From Methanobacteriota archaeon (lineage in GTDB: Archaea; Thermoplasmatota; E2; DHVEG-1): DNA of 64,000 nt. Shown here in pieces: positions 1 through 10,416 of the stretch. Position numbers and translations under genes: made by a program. The notes under the pieces were generated by a model. It searched no databases and was not told the DNA's origin. It saw only the letters and a list, made by a program, of their open reading frames with translations. The stretch lies in assembly GCA_963769885.1 (NCBI GenBank), contig CAVYNH010000007.1:384001-448000 (forward strand), given 5' to 3'. Each line of letters begins with the position of its first letter. Positions within the stretch are counted from its first letter, which is position 1.

Positions 1-2
1 CC

Positions 3-881
3 ATGGTCCCCACGACGTCCGCCCTCTTCAACGTCTCCAGCCTCGTCACGGTCCAATGGTCAGGAACTAACGCCTCAAAACCTATTGTCCCCCGAGGAGA
101 ACTCCGGTCCCTCGAGCTAACTGTCAGCTACCTCACCCAGCGCGGAAACTTCTTCGGCAAAGGACTTGTCGCCGCCTACACCGGCAGACCAGTCACAGTA
201 GACCTCAGAATCATCAGCACTCCAACATGGTGCTCCGCCAGCATCTCCCAAGGAACCTTCTCATTCACAATTCAAGACTCACTCACCCCACAGACCCAAA
301 AAACGCCTCTTTCACTTACGATCGACGAGGATGCACCAGCCTTCGGTCTCGGCAGCATCATACTTGAAGCCACCGCCCACAAGGCAGGACTCATCGACGG
401 ATATACCGCGCAATTCACCCTCGACTTCATCCCCGACTACAAACCACTCATCGATGTCTCCCTCCCCGATACAAACACGAAGGAAATCGGACCGATGGAC
501 ACTGCCACATTCAGGATTAACATCCAGAACCTAGGGAACGCCGCAACCAAAGTCCTGCTCCAAGTCGTGGACGTCCCCAAGGACTGGACCGCCGTGGTCA
601 CCAACGAAGTCCTCCTCGCAGAAGGAAGCACGGGTACAGCAACCGGATACCTCGTCATCAAGGCTCCAAAAGGCATCGGCTACCATTACGATGAAAAGAC
701 CATAACAATATCAGTCCAACCAGTCAAAGCCGACGACACCTCGAAGAAAGGCGACCTGCAATACGTGTCGTTCCTGGTTCAAAGCCGCGGATTCTCAACC
801 CCTGGATTCGAACCCATCATCTTCATCGGAGCCCTCGGCCTCGTCCTACTCATCTTCAAGGTCACACGGAAAAAGAAATAA
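3..881 (+). CDS. Secreted Ig-like surface protein with PGF-CTERM archaeosortase sorting signal (5'-truncated by window)
   Basis: C-terminus STPGFE + hydrophobic helix + basic tail RKKK is the PGF-CTERM pattern; beta-rich CARDB/COG1470-like segment (TATFRINIQNLGNA). Confidence 0.75.
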   Translation: MVPTTSALFNVSSLVTVQWSGTNASKPIVPRGELRSLELTVSYLTQRGNFFGKGLVAAYTGRPVTVDLRIISTPTWCSASISQGTFSFTIQDSLTPQTQKTPLSLTIDEDAPAFGLGSIILEATAHKAGLIDGYTAQFTLDFIPDYKPLIDVSLPDTNTKEIGPMDTATFRINIQNLGNAATKVLLQVVDVPKDWTAVVTNEVLLAEGSTGTATGYLVIKAPKGIGYHYDEKTITISVQPVKADDTSKKGDLQYVSFLVQSRGFSTPGFEPIIFIGALGLVLLIFKVTRKKK

Positions 882-908
882 AAATAATAAATCAATATAA
901 TAAACGGG

Positions 909-2439
909 GTGGATCAGAATTCACCACCAAAGACTAGCTGCGACCCTACTCGGCCTTCTCATTTTTCTCCCTATCTTTAGCGTAGCCTCTACATCCGCAG
1001 CAGCCGCCGACTCCTCAGGAACCCTCCGGCCCCATTTAATCTCGAATCTCATCTCCTTCATCATAGGAAAACTCACCGCACCCGTAAGCTTCGCAGAGGG
1101 ATTCAGGGTCAACGAGTCAAATATTACTATCGGCTACAATGAAAATACATCCGTGATGGTCGGCACCTACGACATCGAGACCGGTACCATGGGCACCAGC
1201 CCCATCCGATTCTTCCTCAACATGCGCATGATTACCTACGCCGCCGAATTCCCAGACGGCAACCCCGGCAACGCATGGTCTGTCTTCTTTGAACCATCAC
1301 AAAATATCCAAACCGCATCCGGCGGACAAACAATCTCAAAAGCCATCATCACCCTTCGCCCATCCCAAGACCTGACAAAACCAATTCAAAGCACACGGAT
1401 CCGATTTAAAATCTCCGATTCCTGGGCCTTCCAAAACACCCGATGGCCCTGGGCCCACATCATACAAAGCGATACTGTCAATAACAAAACCAAAACAATA
1501 GTTGACAAATTCATGTGGCTCCTAGCCTCCGTCGTCGGCAGATGGGGCAGATACAGCGGCCAAGTCCTCACTGACGAATACAACATCGAAACCGTCGTCA
1601 AAGTCAAACCCTTCCACCTTGTCACCTTCCAAGCACAACTCCTCCAAGACCTCCGACCCAACGAAATCACCAGCCTGCCCATCATCGTCACCAACCGCGG
1701 CAACTACAACGACACCATCGGCTTCCGCGCCGTCACCGCAGGCGGCTTCAGCATCCAGACCACTGGCAACAACACCATCACCCTCGCCCCCGGCGAACAA
1801 GGCAATGCCCTCATCGGCGTCGCCGTCCCCCCCAACCTCCTCGATACCGGCACCCTGCACTCTATCACCATCCAGGCCTACTCCGCCGAACAGCCTAGCA
1901 TCCCCATCGGCGAACAAATCCTCCCCCTCGAAACCCAGGGTATCTTCATCTCCATGGTTACCGGCGCCTCCATCATCGGCATCCTTGCCGTCATCGTCCT
2001 CTTCATCCTACTCCTCTTCCTCCTCCGCCGACGTATCGCCGGCCGCTCCCTCCAAGCCCCACAAAAACCCTGGACCATCCCCGAAGAACAGGAACACCTC
2101 GCAGCACTCAAACGCACCAACAAAGACGCCTACGACAAAGAACGCGCCATGATGAACGACGAATACCGCTCCGCCATGCTCTGGTACGACGACTACAAAA
2201 AAACCATCCGTATCCAACGACGTATCTCAAAAGAGACCAAAGGCCCCAGCAAAATCAGCATCACGAAAAAAATCACCACGCGCTTCACCCGCCTCACCAC
2301 GAGACGACCCAAGAAGGCAAAACCCAAACGCGTCAAGACACCGAGCCCAGAACCCACAACCAACGTCGATACCGAACGGGACCGCACCCTCAGACGCATC
2401 CTCAAGGAACAAAAACGACAGGCCCGCTCCACAAAATAA
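909..2439 (+). CDS. Secreted Ig-like membrane protein with C-terminal TM helix and basic cytoplasmic tail; true start lies upstream of the track ORF at 1153
   Basis: Frame open from 904 and encodes a signal peptide (HHQRLAATLLGLLIFLPIFSVASTSAAAA). Start is either ATT at 919 or GTG at 909 with a +1 error. ITSLPIIVTNRGNYNDT resembles the upstream gene. Confidence 0.65.
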
Positions 2440-2441
2440 CC

Positions 2442-5400
2442 TCACCACGCCTGCTTCCGTTCTTTTCTTAACACGACCAGCATCCCCACACCAGAGACCA
2501 CAAGGGCCCCGAGAAAAAGGATGCAACCAAGCCCCAGCCCCCAGGTAGAGGGGATGTTTTGCAGCCCCTCACCCGGAATTATCGCCTGAAAACCGCCGCT
2601 ACCCATCATCCCCCCCACGCTCACCTCAGACACAACCGAGATGCTCACCAGGACCATGACTAGCACCGCACCCATTACCAGCAACGACGCCAACCACAGC
2701 ACCAAAGCCAGCCTCCAAGCCTTCCTGCAAAGGCAAATTGAACTGACCAACAACCCGCAGCCAACCATGCAGCTGAGTAAAAACACAGTCATCACGAACG
2801 AAAACTGGTCAGGAAGCGATGCCATCTCCCCAGAAAGCACCTGAGGCGATTGCACGGTTGAGACAAGAGATCCTGGCAGGACATAAAGCTGTGACCGGAC
2901 CAGGGTCTCACCCGAAGATCCCAAGATACCCCACCAGGGGTACCAAAAAGAGCCGATGACCAGAGCGATAACTGATCCCGCAATCAGGAACGCCCATCGT
3001 TTTTTCCAATAGCCAATCACTACAGTACCAACTAGGACGCCCAGGCTTCCGATTAGGAAACCGAGAGCACCTGGATCCTGCGCGGAGACAACCACCACTT
3101 CACGGGGACCGACAACCTGAAGCGACCGACTCGCCACAACACCTGACCCTGAAGAAACCTCGAGATGATATCCTCCTGGTGGGAGACTGACATTCAATAC
3201 GTTACTCTTGGATGACTGATTCATCGACTTGCTTCCTCTACTTACTTGAAGCGAAAGACCGGAGAGGGGGAATCCGCGGGCGTCCAGGAATCGGACCTTG
3301 ACATGGTACTCCGCTGGAAAGAGGATCTCGGCTGGGGATGCACTGGGGAGGGAAATGGAGGCATTGACCATGAATGATTGATAGCGGATGCGAAGATCGT
3401 AGGGGGCCGCGGGTAACGCCTGGATCTCGTAGCGACCGGGATTTGTAGGCTGAAGACTGAGATTCTGCCTCAAATACATCTGAGGACTAGATACCTGGGG
3501 ATTCAGGGTGATCTCTGGAGGGAGATGCCAGGTGTCAAGGACCACGATGCGTAAACTAGAAAGATTCGTGGTCACCGTACGGGAGACCAATGCCCTCCCT
3601 ATGCGGGGGAGTCTCAAGCTCTCGTGCGAAAGTAAGAACCCTTTGTACATGACGCTAGAGTTGTACCGTTCATTTCCAGTTGGTACAGAGAGGCTGACTT
3701 TTCCGTCTGAGTCCGTCAATCCCCAAGAGACAGGCGTGTTGTCAGTAGCGAGGCAGACGGTGACCTTCGAGATGCCTTGGTCGTTCTGGTCGAGAACCTG
3801 ATAACGAACGGTAGCAGGTCTTGTGCAACGGACCTTGATCGTGGTATTGGCTTCGAGACTAATGGTGGCGTATCCGATGGCTTGAGTCCGGGTACTTCCG
3901 AACGGATGGTTCCGATAGATTTTGACGAGGTACTCGCCTTGGGGGAGCCGAGGGAAGGTGCTGGTTTTAAGTCTGGAGGTGTTTTGGAGGTCGAGGATTT
4001 CTCTTAGTTTTGTACTGTTCCCTGTGGTTTGTCGCAGAGGGATGTGGACGGCGGCGCCGGAGCAGACGAGGGTCGTGCCCTGATAGACCTCGGTGGTGAT
4101 GTAGCTGTGGTTTTTGCCGCGGAGGATGCTGAGGGCTTCCCCGAAGGGCATGCTGGGGGCATGGGAGACTAGGACTTTGAGGGTGTATAGTGGCTCGGGT
4201 TTCTCCGAGGTCGTTGGTCCTCCGCTGGCAGTGGGAAGGATACTGGCTAAGAGGGGGTAGCAGGCGGCCTCGGTCTCGACCGCGGGGAAGCCGCCGGTTT
4301 GGCTGGTGAAGAACTCAGAGTCGTAGCTGGCGTGGAAGTCGGCGGGGATTTGGAGATCTTGGATCCCGGAGGCGTCCGCGGAGTTGCGGTTGCACTGGAG
4401 GACGGCGATGGTGTTGTGGAAGCCGGGGAGGTTGGGGCTGGTGGACTCGTAGAGGTTAGTCTGGATGCCGTCGTGTTCGTTGTCGCCGTGTTGGAGGACG
4501 TTGGTGGTGGCGAAAAGGAGGGCGTGGGCGGTGCCGTTGGGGCCGTCGTCGAAGCTGGCCCAGGCGGGGGCGTCGAGGTCGATATTGTCGGTGGGGGCGA
4601 AGAGGCGGGTGATGGTGTCGCCGGCGTAGTCGGGGGTGGGGTCGAGGCGGTATTCTTCGCGGCCGGTGGCGGTGTGGAGGTGGGTGTAGGGGTAGAGGCA
4701 GTCGATGGTGAGTTCGGGGAGGGTGCTGCAGTGGATGCCGCCGCATTGGAGTTGGGCGTAGGTGCCGTCAGTGCTGGCGCCGGGGCAGACGGTGCAGTCT
4801 TTCTGGGCGGTGTGGTCGACGTGGGCGCGGATGCGGGTCTGTGGGGTGGTGGTGTGGTAGTAGGTGTAGGTGGCGGTGGTGTGGAGGTTTTGGTCGTGGG
4901 AGGCGCTGGTGATTTGGATGGTGGCGGAGAGGGTGCCGTCGTGGAGGATGGTGTGGGCGGTGGCGTGGTCTGCGGTGGTGGCGAATTGGTCGTTTGCTTC
5001 GTTGTAGTAGTATTTGAATTCGAAGTCGGCGAGCATGTCGGTGGTGGTGGGGAGGACGGTGGTGGCGTTGGGGCGGAGTTTGGTGATGTATTGGGCGGTG
5101 GTGGTGTAAAGGAATTGGCCGGCGTAGGAGATGGCGTAGGTGGAGCGGGTGTCGTCGGTGATGAGGTAGTAGCTGGACTGGACGGCGTAGCCGGGGATGG
5201 GTTCGAGGTAGTAGGTGGAGGTGGTGATGGTGATGTGGTCGGGGTAGGCGGTGGGTGGTGTGGGGTGGTCGTCGTAGTAGACGGCGAGGGTGTCATCTTT
5301 CGAAAGGTCGGTGGGGAGGAGGAAGACGAGGCGGCAGCTGGCGAGCTGGTCGGGGGCGGTGTAGGTGAAGTTGGAGATCTCGGATTCGAGTTCGGTGGGG

Positions 5401-5654
5401 TCGCCGTTGTGGGTGTGGATGACGCGGATGCTGGTGTGGGTCTCATCTTGGGTCCAGCAGGGGTGTTGGAGGGTGAGGCGGAGGTCGATGGGCTGTCCCG
5501 GGGCGCCGGGGGTGGAGAGGCTGAGGGGGAGGGTGAGGTTTTGGCGGTAGGACCAGGCCTGGTTCCACCAGGGGTCCTGGGCGTGTGTTGGCGGGAGGAG
5601 TCCGGGGGCGGTGAGCAGGAGGAGGGTGAGGAGAATGATGGGGGTGGTGCGCAT
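2442..5654 (-). CDS. Large secreted membrane-anchored protein: DUF2341-like N-terminus, beta-sandwich repeats, multi-TM C-terminus
   Basis: Signal peptide; PWWNQAWSYRQNL motif typical of DUF2341-type N-termini; about 5 C-terminal hydrophobic helices; 1070-aa ORF. Confidence 0.7.
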   Translation of the reverse strand: MRTTPIILLTLLLLTAPGLLPPTHAQDPWWNQAWSYRQNLTLPLSLSTPGAPGQPIDLRLTLQHPCWTQDETHTSIRVIHTHNGDPTELESEISNFTYTAPDQLASCRLVFLLPTDLSKDDTLAVYYDDHPTPPTAYPDHITITTSTYYLEPIPGYAVQSSYYLITDDTRSTYAISYAGQFLYTTTAQYITKLRPNATTVLPTTTDMLADFEFKYYYNEANDQFATTADHATAHTILHDGTLSATIQITSASHDQNLHTTATYTYYHTTTPQTRIRAHVDHTAQKDCTVCPGASTDGTYAQLQCGGIHCSTLPELTIDCLYPYTHLHTATGREEYRLDPTPDYAGDTITRLFAPTDNIDLDAPAWASFDDGPNGTAHALLFATTNVLQHGDNEHDGIQTNLYESTSPNLPGFHNTIAVLQCNRNSADASGIQDLQIPADFHASYDSEFFTSQTGGFPAVETEAACYPLLASILPTASGGPTTSEKPEPLYTLKVLVSHAPSMPFGEALSILRGKNHSYITTEVYQGTTLVCSGAAVHIPLRQTTGNSTKLREILDLQNTSRLKTSTFPRLPQGEYLVKIYRNHPFGSTRTQAIGYATISLEANTTIKVRCTRPATVRYQVLDQNDQGISKVTVCLATDNTPVSWGLTDSDGKVSLSVPTGNERYNSSVMYKGFLLSHESLRLPRIGRALVSRTVTTNLSSLRIVVLDTWHLPPEITLNPQVSSPQMYLRQNLSLQPTNPGRYEIQALPAAPYDLRIRYQSFMVNASISLPSASPAEILFPAEYHVKVRFLDARGFPLSGLSLQVSRGSKSMNQSSKSNVLNVSLPPGGYHLEVSSGSGVVASRSLQVVGPREVVVVSAQDPGALGFLIGSLGVLVGTVVIGYWKKRWAFLIAGSVIALVIGSFWYPWWGILGSSGETLVRSQLYVLPGSLVSTVQSPQVLSGEMASLPDQFSFVMTVFLLSCMVGCGLLVSSICLCRKAWRLALVLWLASLLVMGAVLVMVLVSISVVSEVSVGGMMGSGGFQAIIPGEGLQNIPSTWGLGLGCILFLGALVVSGVGMLVVLRKERKQAW

Positions 5655-5848
5655 CGGGGTCTGTATTTAGATAATGATGGTCTTATAATATAAAGCTACG
5701 GTCGGTTGGGGGCGTTATTTTCTCCTGTAGTTTGATTTTATTGGTTTCATTTTAGTTTTGAAATCCGCTTCCGTGAAGTCTGGTTTGCTCTGATAGCCCG
5801 CTGGTTCATGGTGCCATCGACATGTTGTGGTATGAATAAGGAAAGGGA

Positions 5849-6712
5849 TTAGGGGTAGCTCGTGGACGTGAGTTCAGCGTGTAGCTCGCCGTTGGGAAGC
5901 GCCACATCGATTTTCACGATATTCCCGGCGACTGGGGCGTAGTAGTACTCGAAATAGTTGCCAATCAGTGAGTCGATTTTATAGGCGCTGAAGGTCCCAG
6001 CGGCGACGGTGACGTCTTCTTTCCCAAATGTGTAAAAGGCCAGAGGCGTCCACGAGTAATGGACGGTCACGGTGAAGGGAATCTGGATGAGCCCAAAAAT
6101 CCCTCCGAAGGTCGAACTCATTGTCAGTGTTAAATCAGGCAGGTTCCAGAATTCAACCGCAGACAATGGGAAATCGAACAAGGGGAAATCGACGGTGAGG
6201 CTGCCTTCTGACACGAGCTTGAATGGGAACGGGAGGTTGAAGGGGAGGGAGTTTATCTTCGTCATCGTGATGCCGACAAGCTGCAACGACACGTGGTGGA
6301 CTTGGAGATCGGATTTCGTCAGCTGGAGTGTTCCTTTCAACCGCGTCAAGGTCGGTTTGAACGACCCGACGAAATGGATGGTTGTCGTCTGCGAGGTGAG
6401 GAGAATATCATAGGTTGCATTTACTTTTCCAGTGAGTGCTAGAGTGTAGTAGTCTCCAGTGGTATTTGTGACCGTCCATGTAAAATCAGCGATATCCCCA
6501 TTCATGTGGATCTGCTGTCCGCCTGAACTGTAATTCACGATAATACTGTGTACCGCATACGTCCAGGTGTCATCTACGTTCCACACAGGAACGTCATCAC
6601 TAAACGTGGTTGCTTTGGAGGATGGATGGATGGTTTGATTCGCAGATACAACTGCTCCTATGCTGCTGAGGCAAAAAACACCAACAACCAATATTGAAAA
6701 GATCTTCTTCAT
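5849..6712 (-). CDS. Secreted hypothetical protein (beta-rich, VTVxAGTF motif)
   Basis: MKKIFSILVVG signal peptide, GGGAG SD, TATA-like TATTTAAATA about 50 bp upstream; EDVTVAAGTFSAYKI...YYYAP motif. Confidence 0.7.
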   Translation of the reverse strand: MKKIFSILVVGVFCLSSIGAVVSANQTIHPSSKATTFSDDVPVWNVDDTWTYAVHSIIVNYSSGGQQIHMNGDIADFTWTVTNTTGDYYTLALTGKVNATYDILLTSQTTTIHFVGSFKPTLTRLKGTLQLTKSDLQVHHVSLQLVGITMTKINSLPFNLPFPFKLVSEGSLTVDFPLFDFPLSAVEFWNLPDLTLTMSSTFGGIFGLIQIPFTVTVHYSWTPLAFYTFGKEDVTVAAGTFSAYKIDSLIGNYFEYYYAPVAGNIVKIDVALPNGELHAELTSTSYP

Positions 6713-6826
6713 ATTCCGACTCCCTGGAGGCATATTCCTCAGAATTATTATCTCCTATGTTATTTAAATATTCTTTCACTCCCTGGTGCATCAAGGAAAA
6801 GGAGATCGAAGACTCCATCGGAGTGG

Positions 6827-8059
6827 CTATTCCTGGGGCGTAACGACGATTTTTCCACTTTTAACGACAGTATGAACGTGGTTGACGCCGAAGTGGTAGG
6901 CGAGGTGGAGGTGGCTAGGGCAGTCGAGGACGAGGAGGTCTGCTTGTTTGCCGGGCTCGATGCTGCCAATCCTGGTGTTCTGTCCGATGGCGCAGGCGGC
7001 GTTGTAGGTCGCAGCCATGATCGCCTCCGCCGGCGTCATCCGCATCTGGTAGCAGGCAAGCTGGATGACGAACTGCATGTTCTCGGTGTAGCAGTTGGGG
7101 TTGAGGTCGGTAGCGAGGGCGACAGGGACTCCAAGGGCGATCATCTTCCGCGCCGGGGCGTACTGATATTGCATGAGGCTGAAGGGCGTGCCAGGGAGGA
7201 GGACGCCGATGACTTGGGACAGCGCCATGGCTTTGAGGTTCTTTTCCGAGGACTTGAGCAGATGGTCAGCGCTGATCGCATGCAGCTCCGCAGCGAGGCC
7301 TGCGGCCCCGGTGTTGGCGAGCTCATCCGCATGGAGTTTGGGGCGGAGGCCGAGCTTCATGCCGGCTTGGAGGATATGACGGGATTGCGCGAGAGAGAAA
7401 AACCCGCGGTCGCAGAACACGTCACAAAACCTAGCGAGCGGCGCGACCTTCGGCAACATCTTGTCCACAACAGTGTCAACATACTCCTGGTGACTGAGGT
7501 CTCTTGGGAAGGCATGCGCACCGAGGAACGTCGACACGATATCGACCGGCTGTCGCTTGGCAAGCTCGTACTGAACCTGGAGAATCTTAACCTCGGTGGC
7601 AGTATCGAGCCCATACCCGCTCTTCGCCTCACACGTGGTCGTCCCATACGCAAGCATCCGCGAAAGCCGACCACTCGCTTCCTGTTCGAGCGTCTCGGGC
7701 GAAGCACGCCGGGTCGCGTCAACGGTATACTGAATGCCCCCACCCCCACGCAGGATCTCCTCATAGGTCTTCCCCTTGAGCTTCATGTCGAGCTCGAACT
7801 CACGCGAGCCAGAGAACACCACATGCGTATGCGGATCCACGAACCCAGGTAAGACGGTCTTCCCCGCAGCATCAATGACCTCCCTCGCCATGAAATGAAG
7901 GGTGCGACCGACCTCAACAATCCTCCCCTCATCAATGGCGACCGAGCCGCCAGGCAGAATCGCAAGATGATCCAACTGCTGCCTCGTACGAGGAACCGGC
8001 GCCCCCTGCAACGTCAGCAACTCCCCTGCATTCTTGATGAGAAGGTCCACAGTCTCCAT
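6827..8059 (-). CDS. hutI: Imidazolonepropionase
   Basis: PGFVDPHTH, GTTTCEAKSGYGL, FLGAH, KLHADEL, SADHL, ALATDLNP amidohydrolase/HutI motifs. Confidence 0.95.
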   Translation of the reverse strand: METVDLLIKNAGELLTLQGAPVPRTRQQLDHLAILPGGSVAIDEGRIVEVGRTLHFMAREVIDAAGKTVLPGFVDPHTHVVFSGSREFELDMKLKGKTYEEILRGGGGIQYTVDATRRASPETLEQEASGRLSRMLAYGTTTCEAKSGYGLDTATEVKILQVQYELAKRQPVDIVSTFLGAHAFPRDLSHQEYVDTVVDKMLPKVAPLARFCDVFCDRGFFSLAQSRHILQAGMKLGLRPKLHADELANTGAAGLAAELHAISADHLLKSSEKNLKAMALSQVIGVLLPGTPFSLMQYQYAPARKMIALGVPVALATDLNPNCYTENMQFVIQLACYQMRMTPAEAIMAATYNAACAIGQNTRIGSIEPGKQADLLVLDCPSHLHLAYHFGVNHVHTVVKSGKIVVTPQE

Positions 8060-8117
8060 AACGAACGTCCCAAATCGTTAAATGACGCGGCTTGATTAAG
8101 GTTTAGGTGAGCCCGCC

Positions 8118-9026
8118 ATGGGAAAACTCGTGGAATGCGTCCCCAACTTCAGCGAAGGACGAAACAAAGACACCATAGAGACAATCCGGTCCCTGATTCT
8201 GCACCACCCCGAAGTCAGCCTCCTCGATTTCTCCCCCAACACCGACCATAACCGCACCGACGTCACCATCATCGGCGCCCCAGAAGACGTCAAAAACGTC
8301 GCCTTAGAAATCGCAGAACACTGCGTCAACCTTATCGACATGAACACCCACAAAGGCGAACACCCACGGATGGGCGCCATCGACGTCGTCCCCTTCATCC
8401 CCCTCACCGACGTCACCATGGACGACTGCATCCGACTCGCCAACGACTTCGCCAAAGAATTCAGCCAAAAAACCCAGGTCCCCTGCTTCCTCTACGAAGA
8501 AGCCGCCAAAACACCCTCCCGCAAAAACCTCGCCGACGTCCGCCGCGGCGAATACGAAGCCATCAAAACCGAACTCGGCAAAAACCCGGACCGCATCCCA
8601 GACTACGGCCCCAACAAAGCCCACCCCACCGCCGGCGCCACCGCCGTCGGCGCCCGCTTCTTCCTCATCGCCTTCAACGTCAACCTCGACACCACAGACC
8701 TCACCGTCGCCAAGAACATCGCCAAAGCCGTCCGCGCCAGTAGCGGCGGCTACCAAGCAGTCAAAGCCATGGGATTCGACATCAAAGAACGCGGCATCGT
8801 TCAAGTCTCCATGAACCTCACCAACTACCAAAAAACACCCATCTTCCGCGTCTTCGAAACCATCAAAAACGAGGCAGACCGCTACGGCGTCCCCATCATC
8901 GGCAGCGAGGTCGTCGGCCTCATCCCCCTCGAAGCCCTCGTCATGAACAACGACCACTACCTAAAGCTCGAAAACTTCAAGATTGACCAGATCATCGAAA
9001 AAAAACTCCTCGACCTCAAAAAGTGA
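8118..9026 (+). CDS. ftcD: Glutamate formimidoyltransferase
   Basis: LVECVPNFSEGR, DHNR, HKGEHPRMGAIDVVPFIP, QVSMNL motifs. Confidence 0.95.
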   Translation: MGKLVECVPNFSEGRNKDTIETIRSLILHHPEVSLLDFSPNTDHNRTDVTIIGAPEDVKNVALEIAEHCVNLIDMNTHKGEHPRMGAIDVVPFIPLTDVTMDDCIRLANDFAKEFSQKTQVPCFLYEEAAKTPSRKNLADVRRGEYEAIKTELGKNPDRIPDYGPNKAHPTAGATAVGARFFLIAFNVNLDTTDLTVAKNIAKAVRASSGGYQAVKAMGFDIKERGIVQVSMNLTNYQKTPIFRVFETIKNEADRYGVPIIGSEVVGLIPLEALVMNNDHYLKLENFKIDQIIEKKLLDLKK

Positions 9027-9664
9027 ACAAAACCATGACCAAGCTCATCGATATGACCCTCACAGGCTTTCTGGACGAACTCGCATCGGAATCGCCCGCA
9101 CCAGGCGGCGGCAGCGTCGCAGCCCTCAGCGGCGCCCTCGGCGCCGCCCTCACCGCCATGGTCTGCCACCTCACCGAACACAAACCAGGCTACGAACCCG
9201 TCCAGGCAGAGCTACCCCGGCTTGTCGAACATGCCGAGCGCCTCCGCACAGAGTTCACCAAGCTCATCGACGAAGACACCATCGCCTATACCACGGTCGT
9301 CGACGCCCTCAAACTCCCCAAGACCACGGACGAGGAGAAGGCCCGACGCCGAGACACCCTGCAAAAAGCCTTCATCGCCGCCGCTAACGTTCCTCTGCAG
9401 ACCGCCCGCCTCTGCGGCGACCTCCTCCAGCTCGCCGCCGACGTCGCCCACAAGGGCAACAAGAACTCGATCACCGATGCGGCGGTCGCCGCGCTCATGG
9501 CCCAAGCGGCATCCGAGGCCGCCATCCTCAACGTCCGCATCAACCTCACCTCAATCAAAGACACTGACTACGTCACTCAGACCTCCATGGAGATCATCGA
9601 CCTGCAACAGAAGGCCGAAACACAGGCAAAGGCTATCTACGAGTACGTCACTTCCACCTTGTGA
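9023..9664 (+). CDS. Formiminotetrahydrofolate cyclodeaminase / cyclohydrolase family (FTCD_C)
   Basis: FLDELASESPAPGGGSVAAL, GNKNSITD, LNVRINL; translationally coupled to ftcD. Confidence 0.92.
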   Translation: MNKTMTKLIDMTLTGFLDELASESPAPGGGSVAALSGALGAALTAMVCHLTEHKPGYEPVQAELPRLVEHAERLRTEFTKLIDEDTIAYTTVVDALKLPKTTDEEKARRRDTLQKAFIAAANVPLQTARLCGDLLQLAADVAHKGNKNSITDAAVAALMAQAASEAAILNVRINLTSIKDTDYVTQTSMEIIDLQQKAETQAKAIYEYVTSTL

Positions 9665-10416
9665 AGTCTACCCGAACACAGCCGCTAACCGTCTCAGAAC
9701 TCTACCAGACCCTCCTGAATTTTTTCGGTCATCAAGAGTGGTGGCCGATGGACCGGATGTACCATCGTGAAAACGGAACCGACCCCCGAGAAGAGGTGAT
9801 CATCGGCGCTATCCTCACCCAGAACACGGCATGGACGAACGTCGAGAAAGCCCTGGCGAACCTGAAGATTGCCCATACCCTGTCATTCTCCGCGATCCTT
9901 ACCTTAGATGAAGATCAGCTCCGCCGCCTCATTCAGCCCACCGGATTCTTCAACCAAAAGGCAGTTCGCCTCCGCCTGCTTGCCCAAGCCATGAACGGGG
10001 GCCTCGATGCGTTCTTTCATCAGGACTTCGCCCAGGCACGTGATCAGTTGCTCTCTTTGAACGGCGTCGGACCGGAGACCGCGGACTCCATCCTCCTCTA
10101 TGCAGGAGACTTGCCCAGCTTCGTTGTTGACGCATACACAAGACGCCTCTGCACCCGACTGCCACTGCCCATCCAAAATATTTCTTATGATACAGTCAAG
10201 AAGTACTTCGAGACAGAACTCAGAAAAGCCTTCCCAATGCAAGAAGTGATGGTCTACAAAGAGCTGCATGCACTCATCGTCGAATGCGCAAAGACCTACT
10301 GCCGGTCTACCCCCATCTGCACAGGCTGCCCCCTATTCGGACGCTGCCAGCAGGCCCTCAAGTTTAGCGCGCAGCGCCTCCGCCGGGATATCCGGCAGGG
10401 AAATCAACTGCGTTGA
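9661..10416 (+). CDS. HhH-GPD endonuclease III-related DNA glycosylase with Fe-S cluster motif
   Basis: GAILTQNTAWTNVEKAL, LLSLNGVGPETADSILLYA, VVDAYTRR, C-terminal 4-Cys cluster. Confidence 0.9.
   Translation: MKSTRTQPLTVSELYQTLLNFFGHQEWWPMDRMYHRENGTDPREEVIIGAILTQNTAWTNVEKALANLKIAHTLSFSAILTLDEDQLRRLIQPTGFFNQKAVRLRLLAQAMNGGLDAFFHQDFAQARDQLLSLNGVGPETADSILLYAGDLPSFVVDAYTRRLCTRLPLPIQNISYDTVKKYFETELRKAFPMQEVMVYKELHALIVECAKTYCRSTPICTGCPLFGRCQQALKFSAQRLRRDIRQGNQLR

Noticed and set aside
4247-5693. Long P/T/S-rich and G/V-rich alternative ORFs (also at 20006-21067, 34539-35876, 42776-44347 and others)
   Set aside because: Shadow frames caused by extreme C- or G-skewed codon usage, which removes stop codons; they overlap well-supported genes
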